A stretch of DNA of 64,000 nt from Nitrospinota bacterium (GCA_009873655.1 WAIB01000001.1:2237-66236), one strand, 5' to 3'; shown: positions 46,784-58,006, counted from the stretch's first letter. The notes: generated by a model from the sequence alone, not told the origin. Numbers and translations: made by a program.

Positions 46784-47176
46784 TTATTTTTTTCTTTTTT
46801 TTGCCGGGGATTTTTTCCCAATATGCTCCACCGTTACCGTGGTGTGAATCCCTCCACGTACATTAAAATCACCCACGATGGTCATTTTTCGGGGTTTACA
46901 GGCCGAAACCAGGTCATCGAGGATAATGTTCACTACTTTTTCATGAAAACCCCCTTCATTTCGGTAAGAGGTAAGGTAGATTTTCAATGATTTCAATTCG
47001 ATACAAATCTTATCCGGCACATAGCTGATGAAAAGAGTGGCAAAATCCGGCTGGCCGGTTTTGGGACATAAACAGGTGAATTCCGGACATTCCATATCTA
47101 TGGTGTAATCCCTTCCCGGAAACGGGTTCGGGAAAGTTTCAATCTCTAAAATCTCTTTTTTTTCAGTCTTTTTCAT
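46784..47176 (-). CDS. queF: NADPH-dependent 7-cyano-7-deazaguanine reductase (type I QueF)
   Basis: [17 protein letters not shown] catalytic-Cys motif and the E(S/L)K(S/A)hK(L/Y)(Y/F/W) motif present as ELKSLKIY. About 130 aa. Confidence 0.9.
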   Translation of the reverse strand: MKKTEKKEILEIETFPNPFPGRDYTIDMECPEFTCLCPKTGQPDFATLFISYVPDKICIELKSLKIYLTSYRNEGGFHEKVVNIILDDLVSACKPRKMTIVGDFNVRGGIHTTVTVEHIGKKSPAKKRKK

Positions 47177-47245
47177 AATTTTTTAAAAAAAATGGTTTTT
47201 TTTTAATTCCCACCTTGCTTTTCAAATTTTGGGTTTTATTTATAG

Positions 47246-47272
47246 TAAGCACTCTAAAGCAAGGAGTGCTAA
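47246..47272 (+). promoter_or_regulatory. CIRCE operator (HrcA binding site) upstream of groES
   Basis: TAAGCACTC-N9-GAGTGCTAA differs from the consensus TTAGCACTC-N9-GAGTGCTAA at one position. A TATAGT -10-like hexamer abuts it at 47241. Confidence 0.75.
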
Positions 47273-47386
47273 AATACCTAAAACAGGAAAAAAATCCTTT
47301 AAAAACAATATCTTAACTGAATTCCAGAAGGAATTTTGTATTTTTATCAACTTTTTGCAAGTTTAACATTTTTTTAAGGAGTCTTT

Positions 47387-47674
47387 ATGAAAATCCGACC
47401 GTTACACGATCGAATTTTAGTTCAACCCATCCTGGAAAAAGAGGTCCGCAAGGGCGGTATCATCATTCCTGATTCAGCGAAAGAAAAGCCCATCGAAGGC
47501 CGAGTGAAAGCAGTTGGAAAAGGCAAAATTGGCGATGACGGAAAACCGGTCAAACTCGAAGTAAAAGTGGGTGACAAAGTCCTCTACAGCAAGTATGGCG
47601 GAACCGAAATCAAATTTGACGGAGATGATTTCCTGCTCATGCGTGAAGACGATGTCTTGGCAATAGTAGGTTAG
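47387..47674 (+). CDS. groES: co-chaperonin GroES
   Basis: [12 protein letters not shown] ... [13 protein letters not shown] mobile loop. Confidence 0.95.
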   Translation: MKIRPLHDRILVQPILEKEVRKGGIIIPDSAKEKPIEGRVKAVGKGKIGDDGKPVKLEVKVGDKVLYSKYGGTEIKFDGDDFLLMREDDVLAIVG

Positions 47675-47718
47675 ATTTTCCAATAAAATAATTATTCAAA
47701 CAATTCATATCTCTATAA

Positions 47719-49404
<1,686 letters not shown>

Positions 49405-49433
49405 GTTACCCCCTTAACCTATAAACCTCCAAA

Positions 49434-49470
49434 CCCCGGTCCCGTAGAAACGGGATCGGGGTTTTTTTTT
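49434..49470 (+). terminator. Rho-independent terminator after groEL
   Basis: CCCCGGTCCCG-tagaaa-CGGGATCGGGG (11 bp, one G-T pair) followed by nine T. Confidence 0.85.
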
Positions 49471-49539
49471 GACAAAAACTGGAACGGCCAATATTTTTTT
49501 TATGGCAGTATCGTTGCTTCATCGGCTCTGTGCGTGCTG

Positions 49540-49568
49540 TTGACAGGATACAGTACAAACATTAGTAT
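49540..49568 (+). promoter_or_regulatory. putative sigma70-type promoter of glgC
   Basis: TTGACA-17 nt-TAGTAT, about 75 nt upstream of ATG 49645. Confidence 0.5.
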
Positions 49569-49644
49569 GAAAACGTTCGGGATCTGAACTTCAGTTCAAA
49601 CAGGGTTCCCGTTCCCATAATTGCATTCTTCGGGAAAGAACAAT

Positions 49645-50886
49645 ATGGCCGGCACCTCAAAAAATGTTTTAGGAATGATTCTCGCCGGTGGCGAAGGCAA
49701 TCGCCTTTATCCTCTGACCCAGCATAGAGCCAAGCCCGCGGTTCCTTTCGGCGGAAAATACCGGTTGATCGATTTTGTCCTGAGCAATTTCATCAACTCC
49801 AGTGTTTATTCCGTCTATGTACTCACCCAGTTCAAATCGCAATCCCTGACCGAGCATATCAATGAAAGCTGGCGTTTTGGTTCCCTGATCCACAACCACT
49901 TTATCCTTCCCGTGCCCGCACAAAAACGCACGGGCGATACCTGGTATCAGGGCACCGCAGATGCCATTTATCAAAATATCAACCTGATTGAGGATGGTGA
50001 TTTTGATCTCATTGCCGTTTTCGGGGCGGACCATATTTACCGGATGGACCTCCAGCAAATGATCGATTTCCATACAAAAAAGAAAGCCGATGTGACCGTT
50101 TCAGCCATTCCCGTACCCATCAAGGATGCCAGCGCATTCGGAGTCATACAGGTTCAGGAAAAATTCCGTATCATCGGCTTCCAGGAAAAACCCAAAAGGC
50201 CGAAACCCATTCCAGGACGGGATAAAGAAGCCTTTGCTTCGATGGGAAATTATATTTTCAACAAAGATTTTCTAATCGACATCCTATATAAAGACGCGGA
50301 GGACAAAAACTCCTCACATGATTTCGGTAAAGATATTTTGCCGAAAATTTTCAAGACATCCCGGGTTTACGCGTATGACTTTCGCCGAAACCGCATTCCC
50401 GATCTCACCAAAAAAGAAACAGGATATTGGCGCGATGTAGGAACCATCAAGGCCTTTTGGGAAGCCAATATGGATTTAAGAAGCGTCAACCCCGATTTCA
50501 ATCTCTACAACAAAAAATGGCCAATCCGCCCCGCAACTTACGGGAGCCCTCCCGCCAAGTTCGTTTTCAACGAAGACGGTCGCCGCGGGCAGGCGATTGA
50601 CAGCATCATCGGGGAGGGAAGTATTATCAGTGGGGGTAAGGTGCAAGAGTCCGTCATCGGCAGCGAAGTCCTCATAGACAGCGGAGCGGAAGTCAAAGGC
50701 TCCCTGGTCATGGACCGGGTAAAAATCAACAAAAACTGCAAAATAAGAATGGCCATTATCGACAAGGATGTAGAAATTCCCCCCGGAGCAGAAATAGGCT
50801 ATGATTCTAAACATGACAAGAAACGATTTTTTGTGGACAAAGAATCAGGGATCATAGTTATCCACAAAGGCTACAAATTCTCCTGA
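49645..50886 (+). CDS. glgC: glucose-1-phosphate adenylyltransferase
   Basis: ILAGGEGNRLYPLT ... PAVPFGG ... WYQGTADA motifs. ATG 49645 is preferred over the tracked TTG 49621. Confidence 0.9.
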   Translation: MAGTSKNVLGMILAGGEGNRLYPLTQHRAKPAVPFGGKYRLIDFVLSNFINSSVYSVYVLTQFKSQSLTEHINESWRFGSLIHNHFILPVPAQKRTGDTWYQGTADAIYQNINLIEDGDFDLIAVFGADHIYRMDLQQMIDFHTKKKADVTVSAIPVPIKDASAFGVIQVQEKFRIIGFQEKPKRPKPIPGRDKEAFASMGNYIFNKDFLIDILYKDAEDKNSSHDFGKDILPKIFKTSRVYAYDFRRNRIPDLTKKETGYWRDVGTIKAFWEANMDLRSVNPDFNLYNKKWPIRPATYGSPPAKFVFNEDGRRGQAIDSIIGEGSIISGGKVQESVIGSEVLIDSGAEVKGSLVMDRVKINKNCKIRMAIIDKDVEIPPGAEIGYDSKHDKKRFFVDKESGIIVIHKGYKFS

Positions 50887-50904
50887 TCCATTTCAAATAA
50901 CTCC

Positions 50905-52086
50905 ATGACTCTTCCTGGTATTAACCATCTCCTGGCGCAACCGGATAAATATTTAAAAGGAAAGACCGTTGGCCTTATTGTCAACCACACCAGCCTTGCC
51001 AGCGACCATCAACATTCGATCGAGCATTTTAAATCCCATCCCTCTTTCAAACTAAACGCGCTTTTCGCGCCCGAACACGGGCTCTATGGAATCGCCCAGG
51101 ACATGATCGAAATAGAAAATGAGGTCGATCCGGTTTCGGGACTGACCGTTTCCAGCCTTTACGGAAAAACCGAAGAGACACTCCAGCCAAACCCGGATGC
51201 GTTAACCGAAGTCGACAATCTGATTTTTGATATTCAGGATGTGGGGGCGCGTTACTATACTTTCATTTACACCATGGCAAAGTGTATGGCCATTTGTAAA
51301 GAGTCCGGCACGAGAATGATTGTTTGCGACCGACCCAATCCCGTAAACGGCATCCACCTGGAAGGCAATCTTGTTAAAGAGGGCTTTCGGTCTTTCGTCG
51401 GGCAATATCCCCTTCCCAACAGGCATGGCATGACGGTGGGAGAACTCGCGTTATATTTTAACCACGAAATTGAAATCGGCTGTGAACTCAAAGTCGTACC
51501 CATGACCCACTGGAACCGCGAGCAATGGTACGATGAAACGGGACTGCCCTGGGTGCCCCCCTCCCCCAATATGCCGACGCTCGATACAGCCACAGTCTAT
51601 CCCGGTATGTGCCTGATCGAAGGCACGCAACTTTCCGAAGGCCGGGGAACCACCCGCCCCTTCGAAAATTTTGGCGCCCCTTATATTGATCCACATCCAT
51701 TATTGAAGAGAATGGAAAATGACTTGGAGAAATTACCCGGCGTCCTGTTTCGCCCTCAATTTTTCCAACCCATGTTCCAGAAACATGGAAGTGAAGTTTG
51801 TGGCGGACTGCAAATTCATGTCACCGACCGAAACCAGTTCAAGCCCCTGTTAACCACCCTGGCCTTGATTCGAGCCATTTCCGAACTGTATCCAAACGAT
51901 TTCAAATGGCGTACCGAACCCTACGAATTTGTCAGCGACCGGCTGGCCATTGACCTCCTCTACGGCAACGATCATTTTAGAGAAACGGTTTTTAAAGACA
52001 CATTCTCGTTAGATGAAATAGAACAAAGCTGGCAGGAAGAACTGCAAAGCTTCAAGGAAGTACGCAACAACTACCTGATTTATTAA
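50905..52086 (+). CDS. DUF1343-family protein (NamZ-like exo-beta-N-acetylmuramidase family)
   Basis: LKGKTVGLIVNHTS, LFAPEHGLYG, FDIQDVGARYYTFIYT, DRPNP and RHGMTVGELA match DUF1343 as I recall it. Confidence 0.65.
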   Translation: MTLPGINHLLAQPDKYLKGKTVGLIVNHTSLASDHQHSIEHFKSHPSFKLNALFAPEHGLYGIAQDMIEIENEVDPVSGLTVSSLYGKTEETLQPNPDALTEVDNLIFDIQDVGARYYTFIYTMAKCMAICKESGTRMIVCDRPNPVNGIHLEGNLVKEGFRSFVGQYPLPNRHGMTVGELALYFNHEIEIGCELKVVPMTHWNREQWYDETGLPWVPPSPNMPTLDTATVYPGMCLIEGTQLSEGRGTTRPFENFGAPYIDPHPLLKRMENDLEKLPGVLFRPQFFQPMFQKHGSEVCGGLQIHVTDRNQFKPLLTTLALIRAISELYPNDFKWRTEPYEFVSDRLAIDLLYGNDHFRETVFKDTFSLDEIEQSWQEELQSFKEVRNNYLIY

Positions 52087-52376
52087 AAAATAAAGGAACT
52101 TGCCTATTTATTTGTGGAAGGAGGAGCCGTATTCCACACTTTTGTGGAATATTAAATCTTAAAATACAATCTTACCAGTAGTTTAAGAAGGATTAAAATA
52201 AAACGATAAATGGTTCCTAAAAACCCAATTTTGTGAGATAATGATTCGCTTTGGAAAATTAGTTTAATCAGTCCTTCAATACCCGCCGGCCCATGCCCGC
52301 CATATCTATTTGATAAAAAAGGACTTGTAGATTTTCCTGGCCATTTCCCAAAAAATTAATTAATTGCCTGGAAGTA

Positions 52377-52405
52377 TTGACAAAACCTCTGATGGTACCT
52401 ATATT
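52377..52405 (+). promoter_or_regulatory. putative sigma70-type promoter of yqeY-dnaG-rpoD
   Basis: TTGACA-17 nt-TATATT, 28 nt upstream of ATG 52433. Confidence 0.55.
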
Positions 52406-52432
52406 TCCACCTTTGCCTGTTGTTATAAGCCT

Positions 52433-52876
52433 ATGAGTTTAAAGGAAAAACTCCTCTCTGATATGAAGGAGGCGATGAAGTCCAAAGATTCTGTGAAACT
52501 GGGCACAGTCCGAAGCGTCATATCTGCCGTAAAAAATCAGGAAATCGATTCAAAAAAAGAACTTAATGAAGAGGAAATTCTTACCCTCGTCAGTCGTGAA
52601 GTAAAGAAAAGAAAGGAAGCCGCTGCCCTTTATGAAAAAGGGGGTCGTCCTGAATTAAAAGATAAAGAAATTCAGGAAATGGAAATTTTGAAAACTTATT
52701 TGCCCGAGCAGGTTTCTGAAGAAGAATTGCGTAAACGTATTCAGGAAGTGATTTCCGAAACAGGCGCGCAGGGAATGAAAGATTTTGGAAAAATTATGAA
52801 AACCCTGGTGCCCGAATTTAAGGGCAAAGCAGACAATGCCCTCATAAAGGAACTGGCCAACGAATATCTGAATTAA
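52433..52876 (+). CDS. yqeY: GatB/YqeY-domain protein
   Basis: MSLKEKLLSDMKEAMKSKD ... YLPEQVSEEEL pattern. The tracked 52364 start is an in-frame extension across the promoter. Confidence 0.8.
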   Translation: MSLKEKLLSDMKEAMKSKDSVKLGTVRSVISAVKNQEIDSKKELNEEEILTLVSREVKKRKEAAALYEKGGRPELKDKEIQEMEILKTYLPEQVSEEELRKRIQEVISETGAQGMKDFGKIMKTLVPEFKGKADNALIKELANEYLN

Positions 52877-52886
52877 CGATTCAAAC

Positions 52887-54695
52887 TTGCATCTTTTGGA
52901 TGCCGAACCATTTACTGATATATTGAAATACTCGATCCCAGACAGCGTAATTGATGAAGTCAGAGACCGCACCGATATTGTCGAAGTGGTTTCCCAGTCT
53001 GTCGCCTTAAAAAAAGTCGGCAAGAACTATAAGGGTCTCTGTCCCTTTCATTCGGAAAAGACCCCTTCCTTCACCGTCAGCCCTGAAAAGCGTATTTACC
53101 ACTGCTTCGGTTGTGGTGCGGGTGGAAATGTTTTTAAGTTTGTAATGGAAACGCAAAACATTTCATTTTTAGAAGCGGTTCGAAAATTTGCCCGGAACGC
53201 AGGTATTTCAGTTCCCCAACCCAATGCAGCCCATTTGAACGATCCTCGCAATAAGGAAAGGGAAGCTCTGAAAAAGATAAACGAGCTTGCCGCAAACTAT
53301 TTTCATGGTTTGCTAAACAATGCCGAAGCCGGGTTGGCGGCCAGGGACTATTTAAATAAACGGAACTTTTCCGGAGATATCCTGGATCAATACCAGATTG
53401 GCTGGTCGGCGCCCGGATGGAAAGGACTGATCAACCACTTTCAAAGAATAGGGAATCTTTCCAGAAAGGCGGTGGTGCAGTCCGGCCTCGTGATTGAAAA
53501 GGAAGACGGCTCCAACGTATATGATCGTTTTCGGGGTCGGGTGATATTTCCCGTCAAAGACCTGCATGGCTGTGTAATCGGGTTTGGCGGGCGAGCCATT
53601 GCCGATAGCGATAACCCAAAATACCTGAACTCCCCGGAAACGCCCCTTTACCAGAAGAGCCAGGTTTTATTCGGGATGGACATCGCCAAACAGGCTATTC
53701 GAAAAGAAGACCAGGCTATTTTAGTAGAAGGTTACCTGGACCAGATGAGAGCCACCCAATATGGCATCTTAAACACGGTTGCCACCTGTGGAACCGCATT
53801 GACCCCGAAACAGGCCGCCATACTGAGAAACTACACCAGCAACGTGGTTCTGGTTTTCGACTCAGATAAAGCAGGCCGGGCCGCGGCAGATAAGGGGTTT
53901 GAGGTTCTTCACGAAAAGGGCCTGAATGTAAAAACAGTATTCCTGCCTGAGGGTCAAGATCCGGATTCCTTTATCCAGGAAAAGGGTGCGGAAAATTTTA
54001 TCGAAAAAATAAAAATCGCAAAACCCTATTTGGAATCTTATATCGATAGCGTTGTAGCAGGTAAAAATGGCAATTCCCCCTCTGAAAGGGTGGAGATGGC
54101 CAATAAGGTATTGCCCATGGTTGGGAAAGTCCACAATCTTGTGGAACGGAATGGCTTGCTGGAATATTTCTCTTTTAAGGCAAAAATCGATGATGCATCG
54201 TTTTTAACGGAATTAAAAAAGTCTTTCTCCCGCAACCAGTCCAGGGTCGATATCCCGGAGACAGAAACGAATTCCATTTTAAATTTGGAGAGGCATTTAG
54301 TTCACCTGGTTCTCTCCGATAAGGAAAGCGCAGAAAGGGTTCTTAAAGCAGTGAACCTGGAAGACTTTTCCAACCCGGTACTAAAATCCATTGCAACCAC
54401 CTGCTTGCAAAAGATAAGTGAAGGTGAAGACCTGGAAATTGACAAGCTCATCGACCAAACCGACGACCCGGAAACAAGGAGTCGCTTAACCCAGTTTGGA
54501 CTCGAGCCTTTAGAGTTCGATTCCCCTGAAAAAACCGTTTCAGATTGTGTCAATAAATTTAACAATATTCATATCAAATCAAAAATAAAAATAGTCAAAC
54601 AACAGCGCAACGAAGCTGAAATGGCCGGCCAGGTAGAAAAGTCGCGCGAACTTCAGAACAAGCTTCGTGAGATGCAATTAGAATTAACCCATTAA
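52887..54695 (+). CDS. dnaG: DNA primase
   Basis: Zinc ribbon CPFHSEKTPSF ... YHCFGCGAGG, a TOPRIM region (ILVEGYLD, FDSDKAGRAA) and a C-terminal helicase-interaction region. The TTG start is uncertain. Confidence 0.9.
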   Translation: MHLLDAEPFTDILKYSIPDSVIDEVRDRTDIVEVVSQSVALKKVGKNYKGLCPFHSEKTPSFTVSPEKRIYHCFGCGAGGNVFKFVMETQNISFLEAVRKFARNAGISVPQPNAAHLNDPRNKEREALKKINELAANYFHGLLNNAEAGLAARDYLNKRNFSGDILDQYQIGWSAPGWKGLINHFQRIGNLSRKAVVQSGLVIEKEDGSNVYDRFRGRVIFPVKDLHGCVIGFGGRAIADSDNPKYLNSPETPLYQKSQVLFGMDIAKQAIRKEDQAILVEGYLDQMRATQYGILNTVATCGTALTPKQAAILRNYTSNVVLVFDSDKAGRAAADKGFEVLHEKGLNVKTVFLPEGQDPDSFIQEKGAENFIEKIKIAKPYLESYIDSVVAGKNGNSPSERVEMANKVLPMVGKVHNLVERNGLLEYFSFKAKIDDASFLTELKKSFSRNQSRVDIPETETNSILNLERHLVHLVLSDKESAERVLKAVNLEDFSNPVLKSIATTCLQKISEGEDLEIDKLIDQTDDPETRSRLTQFGLEPLEFDSPEKTVSDCVNKFNNIHIKSKIKIVKQQRNEAEMAGQVEKSRELQNKLREMQLELTH

Positions 54696-54746
54696 AATTG
54701 TTTTTTTATTCAACCACCGCTTAGCGTAAGAGGAGATATTGTCCAG

Positions 54747-56504
54747 ATGGCCACAATGGAAAAATTGACCCATGTTTCTGAAATCAACCAACTGGTTTCA
54801 CAAGGCAAAGAAAAAGGTTACCTGACTTATGAGGAGGTCAACGATGTCTTGCCTTCTGATGTTGTCACGCCGGATCAAATTGACGATCTCATGGCCCTTT
54901 TCAGCGAAAACGAAATCGCCATAGTAGATACCTCCTTGAAAGGGGAAAAAATTGCTTCCTCTAAAGAGGACAAGAAAGACGACACCGAAGAAGACGCACA
55001 GGCTGCCAAGTCAGATTCCGTTTCTATCGATGATCCTGTAAGACTATACCTGCGTGAGATGGGAACCATTTCCCTTCTAACCCGAAAAGGCGAAGTAGAA
55101 ATTGCCAAACGAATTGAAGCCGGACAAAATGAAGTGCTTTCAGCGGTCGCAAACTGTGGGGTTACTATTCGAGAATTCGTATCTCTGGCAAATAAGGTCA
55201 AAACCGGGGAATTGCGGATTTTTGACATCATTCAAGCAACAGAGCCCGAGGAAGGAAAAGAAGCCCTGGAGAAAAAGGAAATTAAAAACCTTCAAAAACG
55301 CGTTAAAGCCCTGAAGACGGAATGCCAGAAACTGGAAAAGTTACGTCTGCGGTTAGAAGGCGGGAAACTGTCAGAAAAAATGCACGCCAAGGTTACGGAC
55401 CAGGCGGAAAAACAGCAAAAGGCGGTGGAGAAAATGATCTCCAACCTGGGCCTGTCCAGCGATGTGATGGATGAAACCATTGAAAAAATTTATGAAATCG
55501 CTGCGGAATATCGGGAAGCAGGGAAACAAGAGCGTGACATAGAAAGACAATTGCGCATGTCCCTTGCCGGTGTGAAGAAACTGGCTAAAAACTGGGCCAA
55601 ACAGAAAAGTGTGAAGCTGCCTACCGGGAAAGTCATCACTCGACCCCAGTATGATAATTACATGAAACAGATACAGGGTGGACGGCGCAAAATCAAAAAA
55701 ATTGAGAAAGATACCGTAACCAGCAAAGACAGTCTGCTGGCAACCGTTCGCTCTATTGCCCGGGGAAGGGTAAAGGAAAAAACCGCAAAACGGGAACTGG
55801 CGGAAGCCAACCTGCGTTTAGTGGTCAGTATCGCCAAAAAGTACACCAGTCGGGGCCTCCAGTTTCTGGACCTCATCCAGGAAGGCAACATAGGCCTTAT
55901 GAAAGCCGTGGATAAATTTGAGTACCAGCGCGGATATAAATTTTCCACTTACGCAACATGGTGGATTCGGCAGGCCATCACCCGGGCTATTGCTGACCAG
56001 GCAAGGACCATCCGAATTCCGGTCCATATGATCGAAACCATCAACAAACTTATCCGGGTATCCAGACATCTGGTCCAGGAGCTGGGCAGAGAACCCACTC
56101 CCGATGAGATTGCTGTCAAAATGAGTCTTCCTGTTGACAAGGTCCGCAAGGTCTTAAAAATCGCAAAAGAACCCATATCCCTGGAAACCCCCATTGGAGA
56201 AGAAGAAAACAGCCATCTTGGAGATTTTATCGAGGATAAAAAAGTTCTTTCGCCCATTGACTCCGTAGTCAAAAGGAATCTCAAGGAACAAACCCTGAAC
56301 GTACTTTCGACCCTCGCATCAAGAGAAGAGCGTGTTTTACGCAAACGGTTCGGAATCGGAATGGACTCGGAGCACACGCTTGAAGAGGTGGGGCAAGACT
56401 TTGCTGTAACCCGTGAAAGAATCCGGCAAATTGAGGCCAAGGCTCTCCGTAAACTACGTCATCCCAGTCGCAGTAAAAAATTGCGTAGCTTTATCGAAAG
56501 CTGA
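54747..56504 (+). CDS. rpoD: RNA polymerase sigma factor RpoD
   Basis: Acidic region 1. Regions 2-4 are present ([64 protein letters not shown]). Confidence 0.95.
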   Translation: MATMEKLTHVSEINQLVSQGKEKGYLTYEEVNDVLPSDVVTPDQIDDLMALFSENEIAIVDTSLKGEKIASSKEDKKDDTEEDAQAAKSDSVSIDDPVRLYLREMGTISLLTRKGEVEIAKRIEAGQNEVLSAVANCGVTIREFVSLANKVKTGELRIFDIIQATEPEEGKEALEKKEIKNLQKRVKALKTECQKLEKLRLRLEGGKLSEKMHAKVTDQAEKQQKAVEKMISNLGLSSDVMDETIEKIYEIAAEYREAGKQERDIERQLRMSLAGVKKLAKNWAKQKSVKLPTGKVITRPQYDNYMKQIQGGRRKIKKIEKDTVTSKDSLLATVRSIARGRVKEKTAKRELAEANLRLVVSIAKKYTSRGLQFLDLIQEGNIGLMKAVDKFEYQRGYKFSTYATWWIRQAITRAIADQARTIRIPVHMIETINKLIRVSRHLVQELGREPTPDEIAVKMSLPVDKVRKVLKIAKEPISLETPIGEEENSHLGDFIEDKKVLSPIDSVVKRNLKEQTLNVLSTLASREERVLRKRFGIGMDSEHTLEEVGQDFAVTRERIRQIEAKALRKLRHPSRSKKLRSFIES

Positions 56505-56513
56505 TTGCGGAGC

Positions 56514-56586
56514 GGGCCTATAGCTCAGTTGGTAGAGCCCCCGGCTCATAACCGGTAGGTCACAGGTTCGAATCCTGTTGGGCCCA
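56514..56586 (+). tRNA. tRNA with anticodon CAT (elongator Met or lysidine-dependent Ile2); CCA not encoded
   Basis: Hand-folded cloverleaf: acceptor GGGCCTA/TGGGCCC, D stem GCTC/GAGC, anticodon loop CTCATAA, T stem ACAGG/CCTGT with TTCGAAT loop. The 27:43 pair is mismatched. Confidence 0.85.
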
Positions 56587-56791
56587 CTGCTCGCCCCATG
56601 GGCAGGACTTCTCCTTTGCCGGGAATATCTGGCCAACTCCCAGAAATTCGCAGTATGCCAGAAGGATTGCCCCATAAACCATCTTACGGATTAGAGCATT
56701 CCCGCAGGTGGGATCCAGCTTGTAAGACGAAATAAATACAACTAATCCCGTGTCGGAGACTTTCAGCCCTTTATTGATTCAAGGAATATTC

Positions 56792-57163
56792 TTAAAATTT
56801 CAGGAGGGTTTTCACCTTGCTTTCAAAGCTGTTTTTTTGAAGGGGTTTGACGATGTAGTCTTTGATTCCCAGTTTTAAGGCTTCAATCACTTTTTCTTTG
56901 GAATCTTCAACGGTAACCATCATGAAGGGGGTATTTTTCAGCGATTCTTCCTTTCTGACCGCCTTATAAAATTCCAGGCCATCCATCACCGGCATATGCC
57001 AGTCAGAAATAATCAGATCCGCCTTTTGCATCTTCAGTTTATGAAGGGCCGTCTCGCCATTTGTTGAAGCAACAATATTGTTGATTCCCATTTTTTTGAG
57101 CAATTCAATGGTCATCTTACGTGAAACTTTTTCATCTTCCACGACACATACGGTGTAATCCAT
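56792..57163 (-). CDS. single-domain response regulator (CheY-like receiver)
   Basis: VVEDE acidic pocket, phospho-acceptor context LIISDWHMP, and KP near the C-terminus. 123 aa. Confidence 0.85.
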   Translation of the reverse strand: MDYTVCVVEDEKVSRKMTIELLKKMGINNIVASTNGETALHKLKMQKADLIISDWHMPVMDGLEFYKAVRKEESLKNTPFMMVTVEDSKEKVIEALKLGIKDYIVKPLQKNSFESKVKTLLKF

Positions 57164-57260
57164 TTTGCTCCCCGAACAATTAAAGATTAACGAAATTCAC
57201 GCCCCTCTTTAATTTAACCTGTAAATTCTACCATTTTTTACCAGAAAATAATTGTGTAAC

Positions 57261-57289
57261 TTGACATTTCAAACTCCCGATTCTATCTA
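57261..57289 (+). promoter_or_regulatory. putative sigma70-type promoter of hsp20
   Basis: TTGACA-17 nt-TATCTA, about 80 nt upstream of ATG 57371. Confidence 0.45.
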
Positions 57290-57370
57290 TTTTTCAGGAT
57301 AAGGAATATCCTCTCGGCCGGGAACCATGACAAACCAATTTTCAACTGAATTTTATTGGAGGGCGATATC

Positions 57371-57805
57371 ATGAGTCTCGTAACTTGGCACCCAGATGAA
57401 ACTTTAAACAGGTTTTTTGATACGGACCGTTTTTTCAATGTGAATCCTTCACGATGGCATAGGGAAACAGAAGTTCTTTTACCGAAAGTCAATGTGACCG
57501 AAACTGAAAGCTCCTTTCATTTGGAAGCAGAAGCTCCTGGAATGCAAGATAAGGACATTAATATTGAAGTCCATAATAGTGTATTAACTATAAAAGGCCA
57601 TAAGGAGAATAAATCCGACAAAGAAAAAGAAAACTACCATATTCGTGAATTCAGCAGCCAAAGTTTCGAAAGAAGCTTCAGGCTAAGTGACCGGGTAGAT
57701 ACTGAAAAAGTATCAGCTCATATCGAAAATGGAATTCTAAAAGTCGATTTGCCCAAACATGAGCAAGTAAGGCCTCAAAAAATCGAGGTTCAGACCAAAA
57801 GCTGA
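57371..57805 (+). CDS. Hsp20/alpha-crystallin family small heat-shock protein
   Basis: Alpha-crystallin domain (PKVNVTETESSFHLEAEAPG ... FERSFRLSD ... ENGILKVDLPK). GGAGGG lies 7 nt before ATG 57371. Confidence 0.9.
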   Translation: MSLVTWHPDETLNRFFDTDRFFNVNPSRWHRETEVLLPKVNVTETESSFHLEAEAPGMQDKDINIEVHNSVLTIKGHKENKSDKEKENYHIREFSSQSFERSFRLSDRVDTEKVSAHIENGILKVDLPKHEQVRPQKIEVQTKS

Positions 57806-57825
57806 CCTTACCAAAAAATAGGGTA

Positions 57826-57870
57826 GCCGGCTCACGTAAAGAAGTGCCACACGGAGCCGGCCTATTTTAT
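57826..57870 (+). terminator. hairpin with T-rich tail after hsp20
   Basis: GCCGGCTC-20 nt-GAGCCGGC followed by CTATTTTATT. The loop is large, so confidence is modest. Confidence 0.4.
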
Positions 57871-58006
57871 TAAAAAACAAGGCTAAATTAATTCCCCTCG
57901 GGCTTTAAATTTTCATACGGTGTGGGTTGAGATTGTGGTAAAACATTCAGGAACAGGTACTGGACAATCCAGTGCAAATACGACAACTTGATTCCTGCAG
58001 GAAAGA

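Noticed and set aside
47177-47260. A possible preQ1 riboswitch in the queF leader (minus strand).
   Set aside because: The leader reads ...CCCAaaatttgaaaagcaaggTGGGAATTAAAAAAAAAACCATTTTTTTTAAAAAATT-ATG. There is an A-rich tail, but the hairpin loop and tail do not match the preQ1-I or preQ1-II patterns I know. The region is dominated by A/T homopolymers.
56454-56675. A 73-aa minus-strand ORF overlapping the tRNA.
   Set aside because: It is the reverse translation of a tRNA (the RIRTCDL...YQLSY type artefact).
56587-56791. A possible tRNA-adjacent genomic island or attachment site downstream of the CAT tRNA.
   Set aside because: There is no integrase. I found no direct repeat of the tRNA 3' end in the remaining 7 kb. 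The downstream genes (receiver, hsp20, pyk) look like ordinary chromosomal genes.
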